From an uncultured virus (IMG/VR IMGVR_UViG_3300021185_003028) (taxonomy: Duplodnaviria > Heunggongvirae > Uroviricota > Caudoviricetes), in the IMG/VR virus record IMGVR_UViG_3300021185_003028: a stretch of DNA of 20,000 nt. One strand, written 5' to 3'. Both the position numbers and the translations under genes were made by a program. Shown in pieces: positions 1 through 8,905 of this stretch (within the stretch, counting starts at the first letter, position 1; every line of letters begins with the position of its first letter). Under the pieces are notes generated by a model. It searched no databases, was not told the DNA's origin, and worked only from the letters and a program-made list of their open reading frames with translations.

Positions 1-2508
1 TTTGTCGATGGTCATATCACGGTCGATAACGATGCCAAAGTCGTCAGGAGACTCACCCCATTCGATTGCTATGCGTCGATTCGACGGCAACGGAGCAGGT
101 GCGGTCTTGGCAAAGAAAATCATAGGCTTGTCACCCAAATCGAACTCAGTACCAATGTTTTCGTTGCTCCACATAGCCGCCTTATGGGCGAATGTGCCTG
201 CCTTCTTGACTCCGAATGGTTGCCCGAAGTCCAATTGAGGTGTCACATCGGGGTCTTTCATTGCCACGATTTGCTCACGAATCAGAACACCGATGGCCGT
301 TGCGTCTCCCCCATCCAATATCGAGTCGAATAGAACCTGTTGAACGGTTTTGACTACATTCGGAGTCGAAGAACGGCGGAGTTCAACGCCTCTGTAACCG
401 TGTTTGCCATTGAAATCACGGTATGCGTACCGCTTCTTGACGCCCCATTGGAAGTATCGCTCGTAGTAGGCGTCAGGTTTGATGTTGAAGAACTCGTTCT
501 TATCGACATTGAGCGTCTCTTTGACGAAGTCGTCGAACGATTTGTTCAGTTCTCGGCACAGAATGTCAGCCATGTCCTTTACATCGGCCTCCGTGAAGGG
601 TCGAATCGTCTTCTCGACCTCGTCGTGGTTGGATATTGCCACCTTGCAGGAGTCAGTGTCCTGATACAGGGTGGTGAAGCGGAGTTCCATACACCCATGA
701 GATGCGGGTATATAGTCTTTTTGTGGATATACACCTGACTCGGTGAAAAACAAAGTGCGTTTGTTGATGTAGTGTTTGTTCCAATCGTTGTGCAGTCGTG
801 CGGTTTCGGTGATGTCAGAGCCAATCTCAGGGTCGGCGAGACGGAACGGTCGGTTGCGAGTCTTCTCAGTTCGACCCGAACCCAAAACGCCGTACCACGA
901 GTTCATGTTCTCCTTCATGACACGCTGTTGCCTATCGAGGAGTAGCAATTTGTCAGGGTCTGCCTCGGTTCTCATCTCGTCTTTCAACGCTTGACGAGCC
1001 GACGCAAGTCCTCTCAGGACACGAGCCATGATTGATTCTTTGTCTCGTCGATAGAATCGTCCACCTCTCGTCTCGGTGACAGGGAATGGAAACCCTTCGG
1101 GATAATCGGATTCGATAACTTTGGTGTCAGGGCCAAAATTGCCTGTGATAATCGCCGACGGGTATTCCATCGAGTTATCCAATTCAAATGCGTTCCGCCA
1201 AACACCCACAGGGGCTTCCATGACGAAGCCTCCTTGCTCGATGCCCCCTTCGGGCATTGAATCTCTAACGACCTGCACAGAGGGCAGTATGACCCCTTCA
1301 CGCATCAACAAATGGCCCATCATGTCTTCAACGAGCATCATGTTGCTGTGACTGTTATGGAGAGTGGAGTTATGATAGGCGGTCTTCATGACATAGAAGG
1401 GGAGCAGGTCTAACTTCTCCATACACCGTGCGGCACAGACATTGTCCCATGCGTTATACACAGCGAGCATCATCGGGTCTTTGACCATCAGTTCAGTGAT
1501 TCGGGTTCGTGGTACTTTGCCATAGCCAAGTGTACTGTGCGCCATCCACGATAGCGAAGCCGCTCCTGTTGTTGCGGCCGCTCCTTGCACCTGTTCAGCG
1601 TATGCGATTTTGGTATCGAATGTGGGCATGCGGCGCATGAAATCGAATGACGGGACTTTGTACCGATGGTATCGAAGAACCTTGCGTACACGGTTCACGA
1701 GATACGGTATGTCGTATCCCTTGATGTTCTGACCTGCGAGTACATCGGGGTCGTATCTCTTGAGAGCATCGACCCACCAATTCATCAGGTCAGTCTCTCT
1801 TTGCATCAGGTCGGGGTTATCGAAGTTAATGACCTTGACTTTGTCACGAGGAACAGGAGGTATCGGTTGGTCGTGTTCGACTATGTCCTCCAACGCTTCT
1901 TGGGAAGACATGAACCGTTGAACGAGTCGCTCAGAAGTCGGTGATGTTGTTGCTATCTCGTGCATGCCTGTCTTCACATCGAACAGAGCGATTGACACGA
2001 CAGGTTCGGGTGCGTTCTCCATGTCGAGAGAATCGGCGGTTTCAATATCGAAGTACAGTAGGTCGGGTGTGAAGTCCGATGCGGGAACTTGAGAATCGTA
2101 GATATTCACAGGTCTGAGGTTATCCATGTCCTTCGACATATCGACTTCAATAACTGCGTACCAACCGTAGAGCCATCTGACCATTGACGACCATCGTGCA
2201 TCGGCGGCGTAGTGTGGATAGTAAAAGTCACGAATCTCTCGATAGTGAAACGGTGATGCAATCTCAATCTCCATCAGGGGCTTGCCATCGACACTCTCCA
2301 TGTCGCTGATTTTACTGCCGACGAAGCCGTCAATTTTACTGCCGAATGGGTGCTCGTTCTTGGGCTTGGCAGTCCAAAACCTCGGCTTGCATCCATGCAC
2401 TCGTAACTTGACTGTGTCACCGTTGCGAGCCTTGCATCTGAGCACGGTACTCCATGACTTCTTATCGCCCTCAGCGGCTACATCAATAATCAACAGAGGC
2501 TCTCGCAT
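1..2508 (-). CDS. polB: Family B DNA polymerase, 3' end outside the window (>836 aa)
   Basis: Manual translation from ATG 2508 (MREPLLIIDV..., GGTGA SD upstream) is open to base 1. ExoI LYFDIET (~2040-2058), ExoII GQNIKGYDIPYL, ExoIII YNAWD, motif A ELDNSMEYPS (1156-1185), motif B KENMNSWYG (~889-915), motif C YQDTDS (649-666), KKRYA. Absent from the ORF track because there is no stop in the window. Confidence 0.97.
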   Translation of the reverse strand, partial: MREPLLIIDVAAEGDKKSWSTVLRCKARNGDTVKLRVHGCKPRFWTAKPKNEHPFGSKIDGFVGSKISDMESVDGKPLMEIEIASPFHYREIRDFYYPHYAADARWSSMVRWLYGWYAVIEVDMSKDMDNLRPVNIYDSQVPASDFTPDLLYFDIETADSLDMENAPEPVVSIALFDVKTGMHEIATTSPTSERLVQRFMSSQEALEDIVEHDQPIPPVPRDKVKVINFDNPDLMQRETDLMNWWVDALKRYDPDVLAGQNIKGYDIPYLVNRVRKVLRYHRYKVPSFDFMRRMPTFDTKIAYAEQVQGAAATTGAASLSWMAHSTLGYGKVPRTRITELMVKDPMMLAVYNAWDNVCAARCMEKLDLLPFYVMKTAYHNSTLHNSHSNMMLVEDMMGHLLMREGVILPSVQVVRDSMPEGGIEQGGFVMEAPVGVWRNAFELDNSMEYPSAIITGNFGPDTKVIESDYPEGFPFPVTETRGGRFYRRDKESIMARVLRGLASARQALKDEMRTEADPDKLLLLDRQQRVMKENMNSWYGVLGSGRTEKTRNRPFRLADPEIGSDITETARLHNDWNKHYINKRTLFFTESGVYPQKDYIPASHGCMELRFTTLYQDTDSCKVAISNHDEVEKTIRPFTEADVKDMADILCRELNKSFDDFVKETLNVDKNEFFNIKPDAYYERYFQWGVKKRYAYRDFNGKHGYRGVELRRSSTPNVVKTVQQVLFDSILDGGDATAIGVLIREQIVAMKDPDVTPQLDFGQPFGVKKAGTFAHKAAMWSNENIGTEFDLGDKPMIFFAKTAPAPLPSNRRIAIEWGESPDDFGIVIDRDMTIDK

Positions 2509-2534
2509 AGATGAATCACCTCGACCCACCTATT

Positions 2535-2807
2535 TCAATCACGCTTTTGCGCTCGTTCTAACTCGTCAATTTTGGATTGGAGTAGATTGCGCTCGTTCTC
2601 GATTCTGAGCATGGCGGCGGCAATGTAAATGAGATTGTCAAGGACTTCTTCAAGTCCCATCTCAAGCCATGAATCCTGCTTAGTTCCCCATTGAGTAGTG
2701 TCGTCTCCGACACGAAGGCCGTGACCGTATTGCTTGATGCCTACGGCCATGCGTTCTTTGATTATCTCAATGATGCGAGCGTTGTCGTCTGATTCATGCG
2801 GTTGCAT
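2535..2807 (-). CDS. Small all-alpha protein of the MazG/dimeric-dUTPase-like NTP pyrophosphatase type (90 aa)
   Basis: Pattern ER..G..QYG..L...WLEMGLEEVLD..IY (EExxD metal-binding helix), typical of a widespread viral family; adjacent to polB. Confidence 0.55.
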   Translation of the reverse strand: MQPHESDDNARIIEIIKERMAVGIKQYGHGLRVGDDTTQWGTKQDSWLEMGLEEVLDNLIYIAAAMLRIENERNLLQSKIDELERAQKRD

Positions 2808-3342
2808 ATTTTGGCCTCCACCATTTAGGCGGTGTTCTCACCGACCATGTTGCGAAGCCTGCCTTATCACGCATATAGAACTCACGGTATGCTTTGGTCG
2901 CTGACGGCCATTCAAGCAGGTCTTCGTTCTCACCCTTGCTCTGATTGAAACATCGAGCGAACGGTGTTGCACCTCGCTTAGGCCATCCTCTTGCCTCGTG
3001 CATCAAGTCCAAATCAAGGATATGCTGTATTTGCGCCCACGATGCGTGCTCTTTGCCGAATCGCTTTTTGTATTCGTAGCAAATGGCCTGTGTATGACGC
3101 AAGTTCCAAATGAAGTTAGACAGTGAAGTAGCAACCCAAATAGTCGCAGGGTGGTGTCGATAACCGCCCTTATGCGGCTTTTTAGTGCCGACTGTGAGAG
3201 GCATTAGTTCAGGGGCAACGCCACGAATCAGCAAGGCTTGAACGGCCATTTGAACGCCCTCCTTTGCCTGTGAACGCACATGCTTATCACATAGATTGAT
3301 AGCACATACGATAGGTGAATCGTCGGTTGCCATGATGTTCAT
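2794..3342 (-). CDS. Pyrimidine-dimer DNA glycosylase (DenV/Pyr_excise-like) family protein (182 aa)
   Basis: MNIMATDDSP..CA..LCDKHV, HHPATIW, EYKKRFGKEHAS, TPFA, AYREFY..DK..FATW..R.PPKWW match this family's signature. Start moved to ATG 3342. Confidence 0.8.
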   Translation of the reverse strand: MNIMATDDSPIVCAINLCDKHVRSQAKEGVQMAVQALLIRGVAPELMPLTVGTKKPHKGGYRHHPATIWVATSLSNFIWNLRHTQAICYEYKKRFGKEHASWAQIQHILDLDLMHEARGWPKRGATPFARCFNQSKGENEDLLEWPSATKAYREFYMRDKAGFATWSVRTPPKWWRPKYATA

Positions 3343-3566
3343 TCTTCTCGCTCCCATACGATGCCCTGTTCAAGGTGGTCTCGGTTGCACACTACACGAT
3401 AGCGGCGTAGCAATTTGTCGAGTCGTGTTTGCATAACAATCACGGGGATTGCGAGGAACTTATTGCATCCATCAGCAATTTCCTGTGCGTCTTCGTATGT
3501 TCGCTGTATTGACAGCACTTCGCTCATGTAGTCTTTTTCCCAAAACCATTTCCATGTTCTTGTCAT
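3339..3566 (-). CDS. Hypothetical protein (75 aa)
   Basis: ATG lies ~20 nt downstream of a TATATAGGTG promoter motif; stop overlaps the next start (ATGA). Confidence 0.65.
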   Translation of the reverse strand: MTRTWKWFWEKDYMSEVLSIQRTYEDAQEIADGCNKFLAIPVIVMQTRLDKLLRRYRVVCNRDHLEQGIVWEREE

Positions 3567-3587
3567 GTTCTATACCATGCGCCACAC

Positions 3588-4574
3588 CTATATAAGCGTG
3601 ATGGTTCGGATGAAGCATTTGACTGCGAGAATATCGTCTTGGGCCACGCTTGCGATTTTGAGTGCTTCGCCCAAGCCCATCAGGACGCCTGCTTGCATTT
3701 TGAGAGGCATGTCTTCGTCGGTGGTCACGAGGTCATAGATGGCATCGAGAATCTCAACGCCTGACATGCCCCTTGCACCGAGCGCATCAATCTCCTTATC
3801 GACTTCACGCATCAGCCTCATGTCGTTCTTGGTCAGAGCCTTGAACGCCCTCGATAGCAAACGCTTCGCCCTGTTCGGCTGAACCGTCACCACGAACTCT
3901 TCAACATCGGCGAGTTCGACTTCACCTGCAACACGAGTCAAAGTCCAAAGCAAGTTCAGAGCCTTTCGCATCGAGCCACGAGAAGTCCTCATCAGCAAGT
4001 CCAACGCCTCGTCGGTTAATGCTGTCGATAGGGCAAGGAGAGCGGGTCTCATCTCATCAGGGTGAATCGGAGTAAATCGAGTCGATGCAAATGCACATCG
4101 GTCTTTGATGGGGTCAATCAATTTTTGAGGATAGTTCGCACTGAGAATGAATCGAGTCTGTGGGTATCGCTCCATCATCCTTCGTAGTGCGGCCTGTGCT
4201 TCGGGTGTGAGGTTGTCACACTCGTCAAGGAACACCACATTGAATGGGATTGGTCGAGTCTTGCCATCGACTTCGTATGTGCCGATGACTCCACGAGAAG
4301 CGAACTCCTTGACCTTAGAACGGATGACTGAGATAGAGCGTTCGTCAGAAGCGTTCATCTCAAGCCAATTAGACGACCATGCGTCACCGAAGGCTGTCTT
4401 CATCAATGCGATAGCAGTCGAGGTCTTGCCTACGCCCTGCATACCTGCAAACAGTAGGTGAGGTATGTCCTCGCCCCTGTGGATGCCTTCGACCATTGCT
4501 TTGAGCCGAGAGATGATGTGAGTCTGTCCTACAACATCGTCAAGCGTCTCAGGTCTGTGCTGTTCAATCCACAT
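3588..4574 (-). CDS. rfcS: Replication factor C small subunit (clamp loader AAA+), 328 aa
   Basis: [17 protein letters not shown], Walker [18 protein letters not shown], Walker [20 protein letters not shown] (SRC motif), GSMRKALN. Start at ATG 4574 with GGTGA SD. Confidence 0.95.
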   Translation of the reverse strand: MWIEQHRPETLDDVVGQTHIISRLKAMVEGIHRGEDIPHLLFAGMQGVGKTSTAIALMKTAFGDAWSSNWLEMNASDERSISVIRSKVKEFASRGVIGTYEVDGKTRPIPFNVVFLDECDNLTPEAQAALRRMMERYPQTRFILSANYPQKLIDPIKDRCAFASTRFTPIHPDEMRPALLALSTALTDEALDLLMRTSRGSMRKALNLLWTLTRVAGEVELADVEEFVVTVQPNRAKRLLSRAFKALTKNDMRLMREVDKEIDALGARGMSGVEILDAIYDLVTTDEDMPLKMQAGVLMGLGEALKIASVAQDDILAVKCFIRTITLI

Positions 4575-4599
4575 GATGCTATCACCTTGCCACACCTAC

Positions 4600-4698
4600 T
4601 TAATCATCTAAGGATGCCTGCCACGACTCGTGACAGTCTTCACATAGCGAATTATTTGTCGATGCCGTAGGCACGCATACAGGACAGTCAGCACTCAA
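4600..4698 (-). CDS. Putative 32-aa zinc-finger microprotein (TTG start)
   Basis: MSADCPVCVPTASTNNSLCEDCHESWQASLDD has two CxxC pairs, follows a GAGG SD-like sequence and fills the intergenic gap. Confidence 0.5.
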   Translation of the reverse strand: MSADCPVCVPTASTNNSLCEDCHESWQASLDD

Positions 4699-4708
4699 AT
4701 CAACCGCC

Positions 4709-5200
4709 TCAGAAGGGGGACTTGCGCTTTGCGGCCATTGCGTCAGCACGCTCTTTTGCCTCTGCGGCTTTGAGAGCACGGATGGATGCCTTTTCCTCTT
4801 CCATCTCAAGGATTGCATCACGAACGATGATTGATGCGGCGACAATTTCACCGATGAGTGTGTCTTTGTTGTCATGGATTTCGACTTGCCAATCCATGCC
4901 ACGCTTGAAGAATGATACATCTTTGATGTTGCGGTCTTCGGTTGCGGTGATAACGCCACTGTCTTTGAGAATCTCAAGGCACTCGTCCTTAACCCAAACG
5001 CTTGCCGCTCCTCTTCGGTCGCCATACACTGATGCGATAACGAACTGTGATTCTTCTGATGGCTTGAGTGCAATGTACTTCACTGCACCTGCGCTTCGCT
5101 CGACTGCGACGAATCCACCTTTGGCGGTGAAGTCATCGACAATTTTTGCTTTGGTCAGTCTTTTCATCTCTTGTTTTCCGATTGAGTCTGTGTTGCTCAT
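4709..5200 (-). CDS. Hypothetical protein (163 aa) with C-terminal coiled coil
   Basis: Protein-like composition; upstream CATATAGGTG promoter motif at the usual spacing. Confidence 0.8.
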   Translation of the reverse strand: MSNTDSIGKQEMKRLTKAKIVDDFTAKGGFVAVERSAGAVKYIALKPSEESQFVIASVYGDRRGAASVWVKDECLEILKDSGVITATEDRNIKDVSFFKRGMDWQVEIHDNKDTLIGEIVAASIIVRDAILEMEEEKASIRALKAAEAKERADAMAAKRKSPF

Positions 5201-5730
5201 GATTCACTCATGGATACCACACCTATATGAAGGTTGTACTTATCGTTGAAATCTCCATTTGAGTATTTTTCACAACAGCCACGACATGATAATCGGCCAA
5301 CAGGGACAATATCACGCTCGAACTTTATGCCACAGGAGGGACACGACAAGACATATCGTGGCCGTCGGCGATTGAGCGTCCGAGCGAAGTCGTTTGACTC
5401 TGATTTGAAGAGATAGAATGACTGCCACCCCTCCTCAAGTTCAGTGAATTGAGGGCCGTGTCCTGCCTCAGAGCCGAGAAGGTAATGGCACATTTCATGG
5501 TGGAGTAGGCCCTTGAGCAAATGCCCACGACACTCTTTGAATGCGAGTGGGTGAAGTAGGATTGTTGGCCGTGACCCGTCGAATACGATTCGTGCTTGCA
5601 CCCTACGGTTATCGGCGTCGAGATACCCGAAGTCGAATGATGTTGGCAGTCCCAACGACCATCGTCGTTCAGAACATAAAGCATAGAATATGTGGTGCAG
5701 GTGAGTGGTGTGTGCGCTCGTTAGAGTCAT
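5197..5730 (-). CDS. SprT-like zinc metalloprotease with C-terminal zinc ribbon (177 aa)
   Basis: LLHHEMCHY (HExxH), GHGPQF, Y.LSCPSCG ... CRGC. Probable start ATG 5730; longer in-frame starts exist at 5916/5940. Confidence 0.85.
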   Translation of the reverse strand: MTLTSAHTTHLHHIFYALCSERRWSLGLPTSFDFGYLDADNRRVQARIVFDGSRPTILLHPLAFKECRGHLLKGLLHHEMCHYLLGSEAGHGPQFTELEEGWQSFYLFKSESNDFARTLNRRRPRYVLSCPSCGIKFERDIVPVGRLSCRGCCEKYSNGDFNDKYNLHIGVVSMSES

Positions 5731-5732
5731 TG

Positions 5733-5897
5733 TCAATCCTTCTTGCAGGGGTACATTCCATTGGGGTGTGTCCGTATCAGAATCTCGTTTCCTCGACGGA
5801 ACATGACGAACTCCTGTGCAGGATTCACCAACATGAGCGTTTGAAGTAGTCTCCCTAATTCGGTAGGGTCGCCGAGCATCTCGACAGTCTTCTCCAC
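5733..5897 (-). CDS. Possible small hypothetical protein (54 aa, GTG start)
   Basis: Frame reads VEKTVEMLGDPTELGRLLQTLMLVNPAQEFVMFRRGNEILIRTHPNGMYPCKKD and stops 2 nt before the SprT ATG. Confidence 0.4.
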   Translation of the reverse strand: MEKTVEMLGDPTELGRLLQTLMLVNPAQEFVMFRRGNEILIRTHPNGMYPCKKD

Positions 5898-5940
5898 ATA
5901 CAGACGAGTGCAACATACGGTATAAGACCTCTTCGCCCAC

Positions 5941-6216
5941 CTATATGAGCGTGAAGACTATTGCGTTTGCACTGTGAGCAGGGTTGTAGTCGATGTGCCA
6001 CGATTGATATGAATGCGTTGGATTGATGACTTGAACGAAGTGCTTATCCACATCAAATCCATCGACCCGCCATTGGTGCTCCATGCCCATAATCGCCCGT
6101 TGAATGTCATTCATGTTGGTGTATGGCAGGGACTGAAATGAGTCTCTTACCTCCGCATCCCATAGAATGTAAAGGCGTGAGCCGTCCAATTCCCATGCTA
6201 CTACTGTTTGGCGCAT
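5941..6216 (-). CDS. Hypothetical protein (~91 aa)
   Basis: ORF is tightly packed with its neighbours; GTGA SD before ATG 6216. Confidence 0.65.
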   Translation of the reverse strand: MRQTVVAWELDGSRLYILWDAEVRDSFQSLPYTNMNDIQRAIMGMEHQWRVDGFDVDKHFVQVINPTHSYQSWHIDYNPAHSANAIVFTLI

Positions 6217-6221
6217 TTGAA

Positions 6222-6542
6222 TCACGAGTAGTCGATGGTAACATGCACATCAGCGTGAGGTGCTACGGAGGGCTGAGATAGCGTTACAGCGACTCCTTTG
6301 GTGCATCGGACACCTGCGGGGAATATGACTGAACTACTGCCTCCTTCGGGGGTAAATACGAAGCGAGCGAGTACCTCTCCTGTGCCACCTGATGAATCGT
6401 CATCTCTAACTTCGATGAGCAAAGGCCCTGATGGAGGGTCGGGTGGAGGAGCACCAACGAATGACGACACATTGATTCCGAATACCACGAATTGATTTCC
6501 TGCAAGGACACCATCTGAGGTGAACGACTTTACGAGGGACAT
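6222..6542 (-). CDS. Small beta-rich protein, possibly virion decoration (~106 aa)
   Basis: Gly/Ser/Pro/Val-rich, with VRDDDSSGGTG..LARF...FPAGVRCTKGVAV resembling small jelly-roll virion proteins of marine viruses. Function is inference. Confidence 0.55.
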   Translation of the reverse strand: MSLVKSFTSDGVLAGNQFVVFGINVSSFVGAPPPDPPSGPLLIEVRDDDSSGGTGEVLARFVFTPEGGSSSVIFPAGVRCTKGVAVTLSQPSVAPHADVHVTIDYS

Positions 6543-6760
6543 GAGTCGATACTGTGTCAAGCGTGGTTCATAACAAAAGTGCTATCGGCTTCGATAATAT
6601 ATAGGTGAAAACATAGTAAAAAATTGGTCGTAGCGTTTTTCAACAGTATGTGAGTGTTTGTCGATTTTTTATGGTACTGGATGAACATAGGGGGGGTCGG
6701 CTCGCCCCCACGAGCCGCCCCCGCCGTTGTCGATTGGGTTGGGTTTTTTTTCTCCGCCGC

Positions 6761-7555
6761 TCAGAATCGGCGGGTGCTCGGCACTTCTTCCCATGTGGTC
6801 GTATGTGCCTTCTTGGTGCTCCACATGCGGCCGTACTTGGCGCATCCCTTGACGCTCGTGCGGTTGCTCTCTCGTGCGGCTTCGATAGCCTGTGGATAGA
6901 GGGCGTGGGCCATACCGAGGACGCCTCTCCATGCCTGTCGCTCGTGTGGCATCATGAGGTAGCCGTTGTAATTCTTGCGAGGGGACTGCTTAACGAGGGT
7001 CTCGACTCGGTCGCCTGCTTGGTGGGTGATTGGCTTTTCTTGGAGGAGGGAGCGAGCACCTTGACAGCGGCGGCTCAGTTCGTAGGAGCGGGTCAGGTTG
7101 AAGGAGGATTGCCAAACGGTGCGGCGACCCTCACGGACGACCTCGCCCATGAGAATGTCGTGTTGCATCTGTGCGAAGTGGATGACCTCGTGCATGAGGG
7201 TCTTGATGAGGTCGCCCTCGTCTCGTGCGTTGGTCATCGAGCCGATGTTGAGCATAAGGGTCATTTGGGATTTGTCAGGGCGTCCCTCGTGTATTCCGTG
7301 AGTGTAGCCCATCGAGCCACGAGTAGGGCCTTGAGCACGGGTTAGAGTGACATTCAGAGCAACGCCGCTGAGGTCGAGGTCATGGCATAGGTGGGTGATG
7401 CTGTTGCCGATGACATTGGCGACGAAGGTCTTCATTGGAGTCTTGCCGACTGTCTTGGTGAATGTGATGGTTGGCAGGTCTCCGACGCTGTCGAATACGA
7501 TGAGTCGGGACACGGGGTCTCGTCGGGCTTGGTATGGTTGGGGGTTGTTCGCCAT
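6761..7555 (-). CDS. Zincin-like metallopeptidase domain protein (264 aa)
   Basis: TLMHEVIHFAQ (HExxH) and downstream Y..MPHERQAW third-ligand motif. Leaderless ATG 7555 lies 24 nt after a TTTATA box. Confidence 0.8.
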   Translation of the reverse strand: MANNPQPYQARRDPVSRLIVFDSVGDLPTITFTKTVGKTPMKTFVANVIGNSITHLCHDLDLSGVALNVTLTRAQGPTRGSMGYTHGIHEGRPDKSQMTLMLNIGSMTNARDEGDLIKTLMHEVIHFAQMQHDILMGEVVREGRRTVWQSSFNLTRSYELSRRCQGARSLLQEKPITHQAGDRVETLVKQSPRKNYNGYLMMPHERQAWRGVLGMAHALYPQAIEAARESNRTSVKGCAKYGRMWSTKKAHTTTWEEVPSTRRF

Positions 7556-7610
7556 GTTTAGTCCTAAAGGCCGCCACCCTATAAAGGTTTGTATTTTCCT
7601 ATACATTAGG

Positions 7611-7657
7611 AAAGACTATAAGGTCACAGCCCCCGTCTTCCAGTGGACGACGACGAC
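7611..7657 (+). repeat. Element E copy (AAAGACTATAA..CAGCC..TTCCAGTGGACGACGAC)
   Basis: Matches consensus AAAGACTATATACTGACAGCCYTATGTTCMAGTGGAYGAYGA. Confidence 0.85.
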
Positions 7658-7782
7658 TAAGGGGGCGGCGGCCTCTGAGTCATGCGTTTTTCAGAGATGG
7701 AGCAGGCACGCCACGCAGGCACGCCACGAGGGCGGCAGGGCGTCGGAGATGGGTGACGCCCCGCCTTGAGATGGTGGTCGCT

Positions 7783-8037
7783 TCAACCCTGCACGCAGTC
7801 GTCCCACGAGATAGGCTCAAAGCCTTCAACGCCTCGGTGGTTGAACTCTTCCGAACCGCTTTGGAACATCACGACATTGGTCTTGACGAATCCGTCAGGT
7901 GCGTCGGATTCGTTGCGGTATGTGGCATGAATGAATGGTTGAGTCTGTTCAGTGTCTTCACGCATGTAAAACAAAGGCGAGATGACTCCGTTCTTCTGTC
8001 CGTGTGTAGGCTTGGGTGAGGGTGTGTGTCCGTCCAT
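7783..8037 (-). CDS. Hypothetical early protein (84 aa)
   Basis: Own promoter AACCTTTATA..CTACGGCAATAC-ATG. Confidence 0.8.
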   Translation of the reverse strand: MDGHTPSPKPTHGQKNGVISPLFYMREDTEQTQPFIHATYRNESDAPDGFVKTNVVMFQSGSEEFNHRGVEGFEPISWDDCVQG

Positions 8038-8091
8038 GTATTGCCGTAGTGATGGGGGGATATAAAGGTTCGCATTTTCCTATACTTTAGA

Positions 8092-8136
8092 AAAGACTAT
8101 ATACTGACAGCCCTATGTTCAAGTGGATGATGATGA
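8092..8136 (+). repeat. Element E copy
   Basis: aaagactatatactgacagccctatgttcaagtggatgatgatga. Confidence 0.95.
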
Positions 8137-8256
8137 CCCGACCCACCCCCACGACAAAAAAAGTGTGAGGGCGAGCCTGTCGGCTCTCATCGGCGGCCCG
8201 CCCCTGTTGGGACGGGTCTCGCCTGTGCTGTGCGTTGTCTGACCCTGTGGCCGTTC

Positions 8257-8580
8257 TCACTGGTTGTCGAGGTAGCAAGCGACCCACTCTTCACCGAAGA
8301 CGGTGGAGGCGTCGAGGTCAGCCCATGAGAGGCGGTTCTCGACTGTGATGCACTCGACCCTAACGCCGTTGGCGTTGGTGTGGCGGTGGATGCTCATAGG
8401 TGTGATTTTAACGCCGCTCGTGGTTGGGCCATCGACTCGTGCTGAGATTTTGTTTCCTGAGCGTGCGAGAACTGTTACGAACGCTTTCCCTAATGGAAGG
8501 TTAGCAAAGTACACTTCGCCGACCTCAAAACAAATTAGGTCGGTGGCGGGGCTGTTGTCGGGGGTTGTCTTGTATGACAT
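8257..8580 (-). CDS. Hypothetical early protein (107 aa), F.VG..Y family, paralog of 15767-16099
   Basis: FEVGEVYF...VTVLARSGNKI; own promoter TTTAAT..CTACGACTAAAC-ATG. Confidence 0.8.
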   Translation of the reverse strand: MSYKTTPDNSPATDLICFEVGEVYFANLPLGKAFVTVLARSGNKISARVDGPTTSGVKITPMSIHRHTNANGVRVECITVENRLSWADLDASTVFGEEWVACYLDNQ

Positions 8581-8656
8581 GTTTAGTCGTAGAGGCTACC
8601 CCTATTAAAGACTTTCGCCTAAAGGTTCTGAGCGAGATAAGAGAGTATAGGTGCGG

Positions 8657-8699
8657 AAAGACTATATACTGACAGCCTTATGTTCCAGTGGATGATGAT
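8657..8699 (+). repeat. Element E copy
   Basis: aaagactatatactgacagccttatgttccagtggatgatgat. Confidence 0.95.
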
Positions 8700-8759
8700 T
8701 AGCCGAGGGGTGGGCGGCCTCGCAGTACATCGTTTTTCAGATGTTGGCGGCCTGTCGGC

Positions 8760-8903
8760 TCAACGCCGTTCGCCGCTTGGGTTGCGGCACTTGCTCAGAG
8801 AGTGAACGCCCGTCTTTCGTGCGCCGCCTCGTGAATACTTGCCGTTGTAGCCTGCCTTATTGCGGCTGTGGGCCTTGTTGGCTCGTCCCTGCGCCTTAGC
8901 CAT
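8760..8903 (-). CDS. Highly basic 47-aa peptide
   Basis: MAKAQGRANKAHSRNKAGYNGKYSRGGARKTGVHSLSKCRNPSGERR; ATG 2 nt after the upstream stop; below the ORF-track cutoff. Confidence 0.55.
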   Translation of the reverse strand: MAKAQGRANKAHSRNKAGYNGKYSRGGARKTGVHSLSKCRNPSGERR

Positions 8904-8905
8904 CC

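Noticed and set aside
2..2608. Many short ORFs in the track across 1-2600
   Set aside because: They are shadows of the continuous minus-strand polB frame, which the track missed because it has no stop in the window.
7702..7727. 13-bp tandem duplication GCAGGCACGCCAC x2
   Set aside because: Isolated and most simply a slippage duplication.
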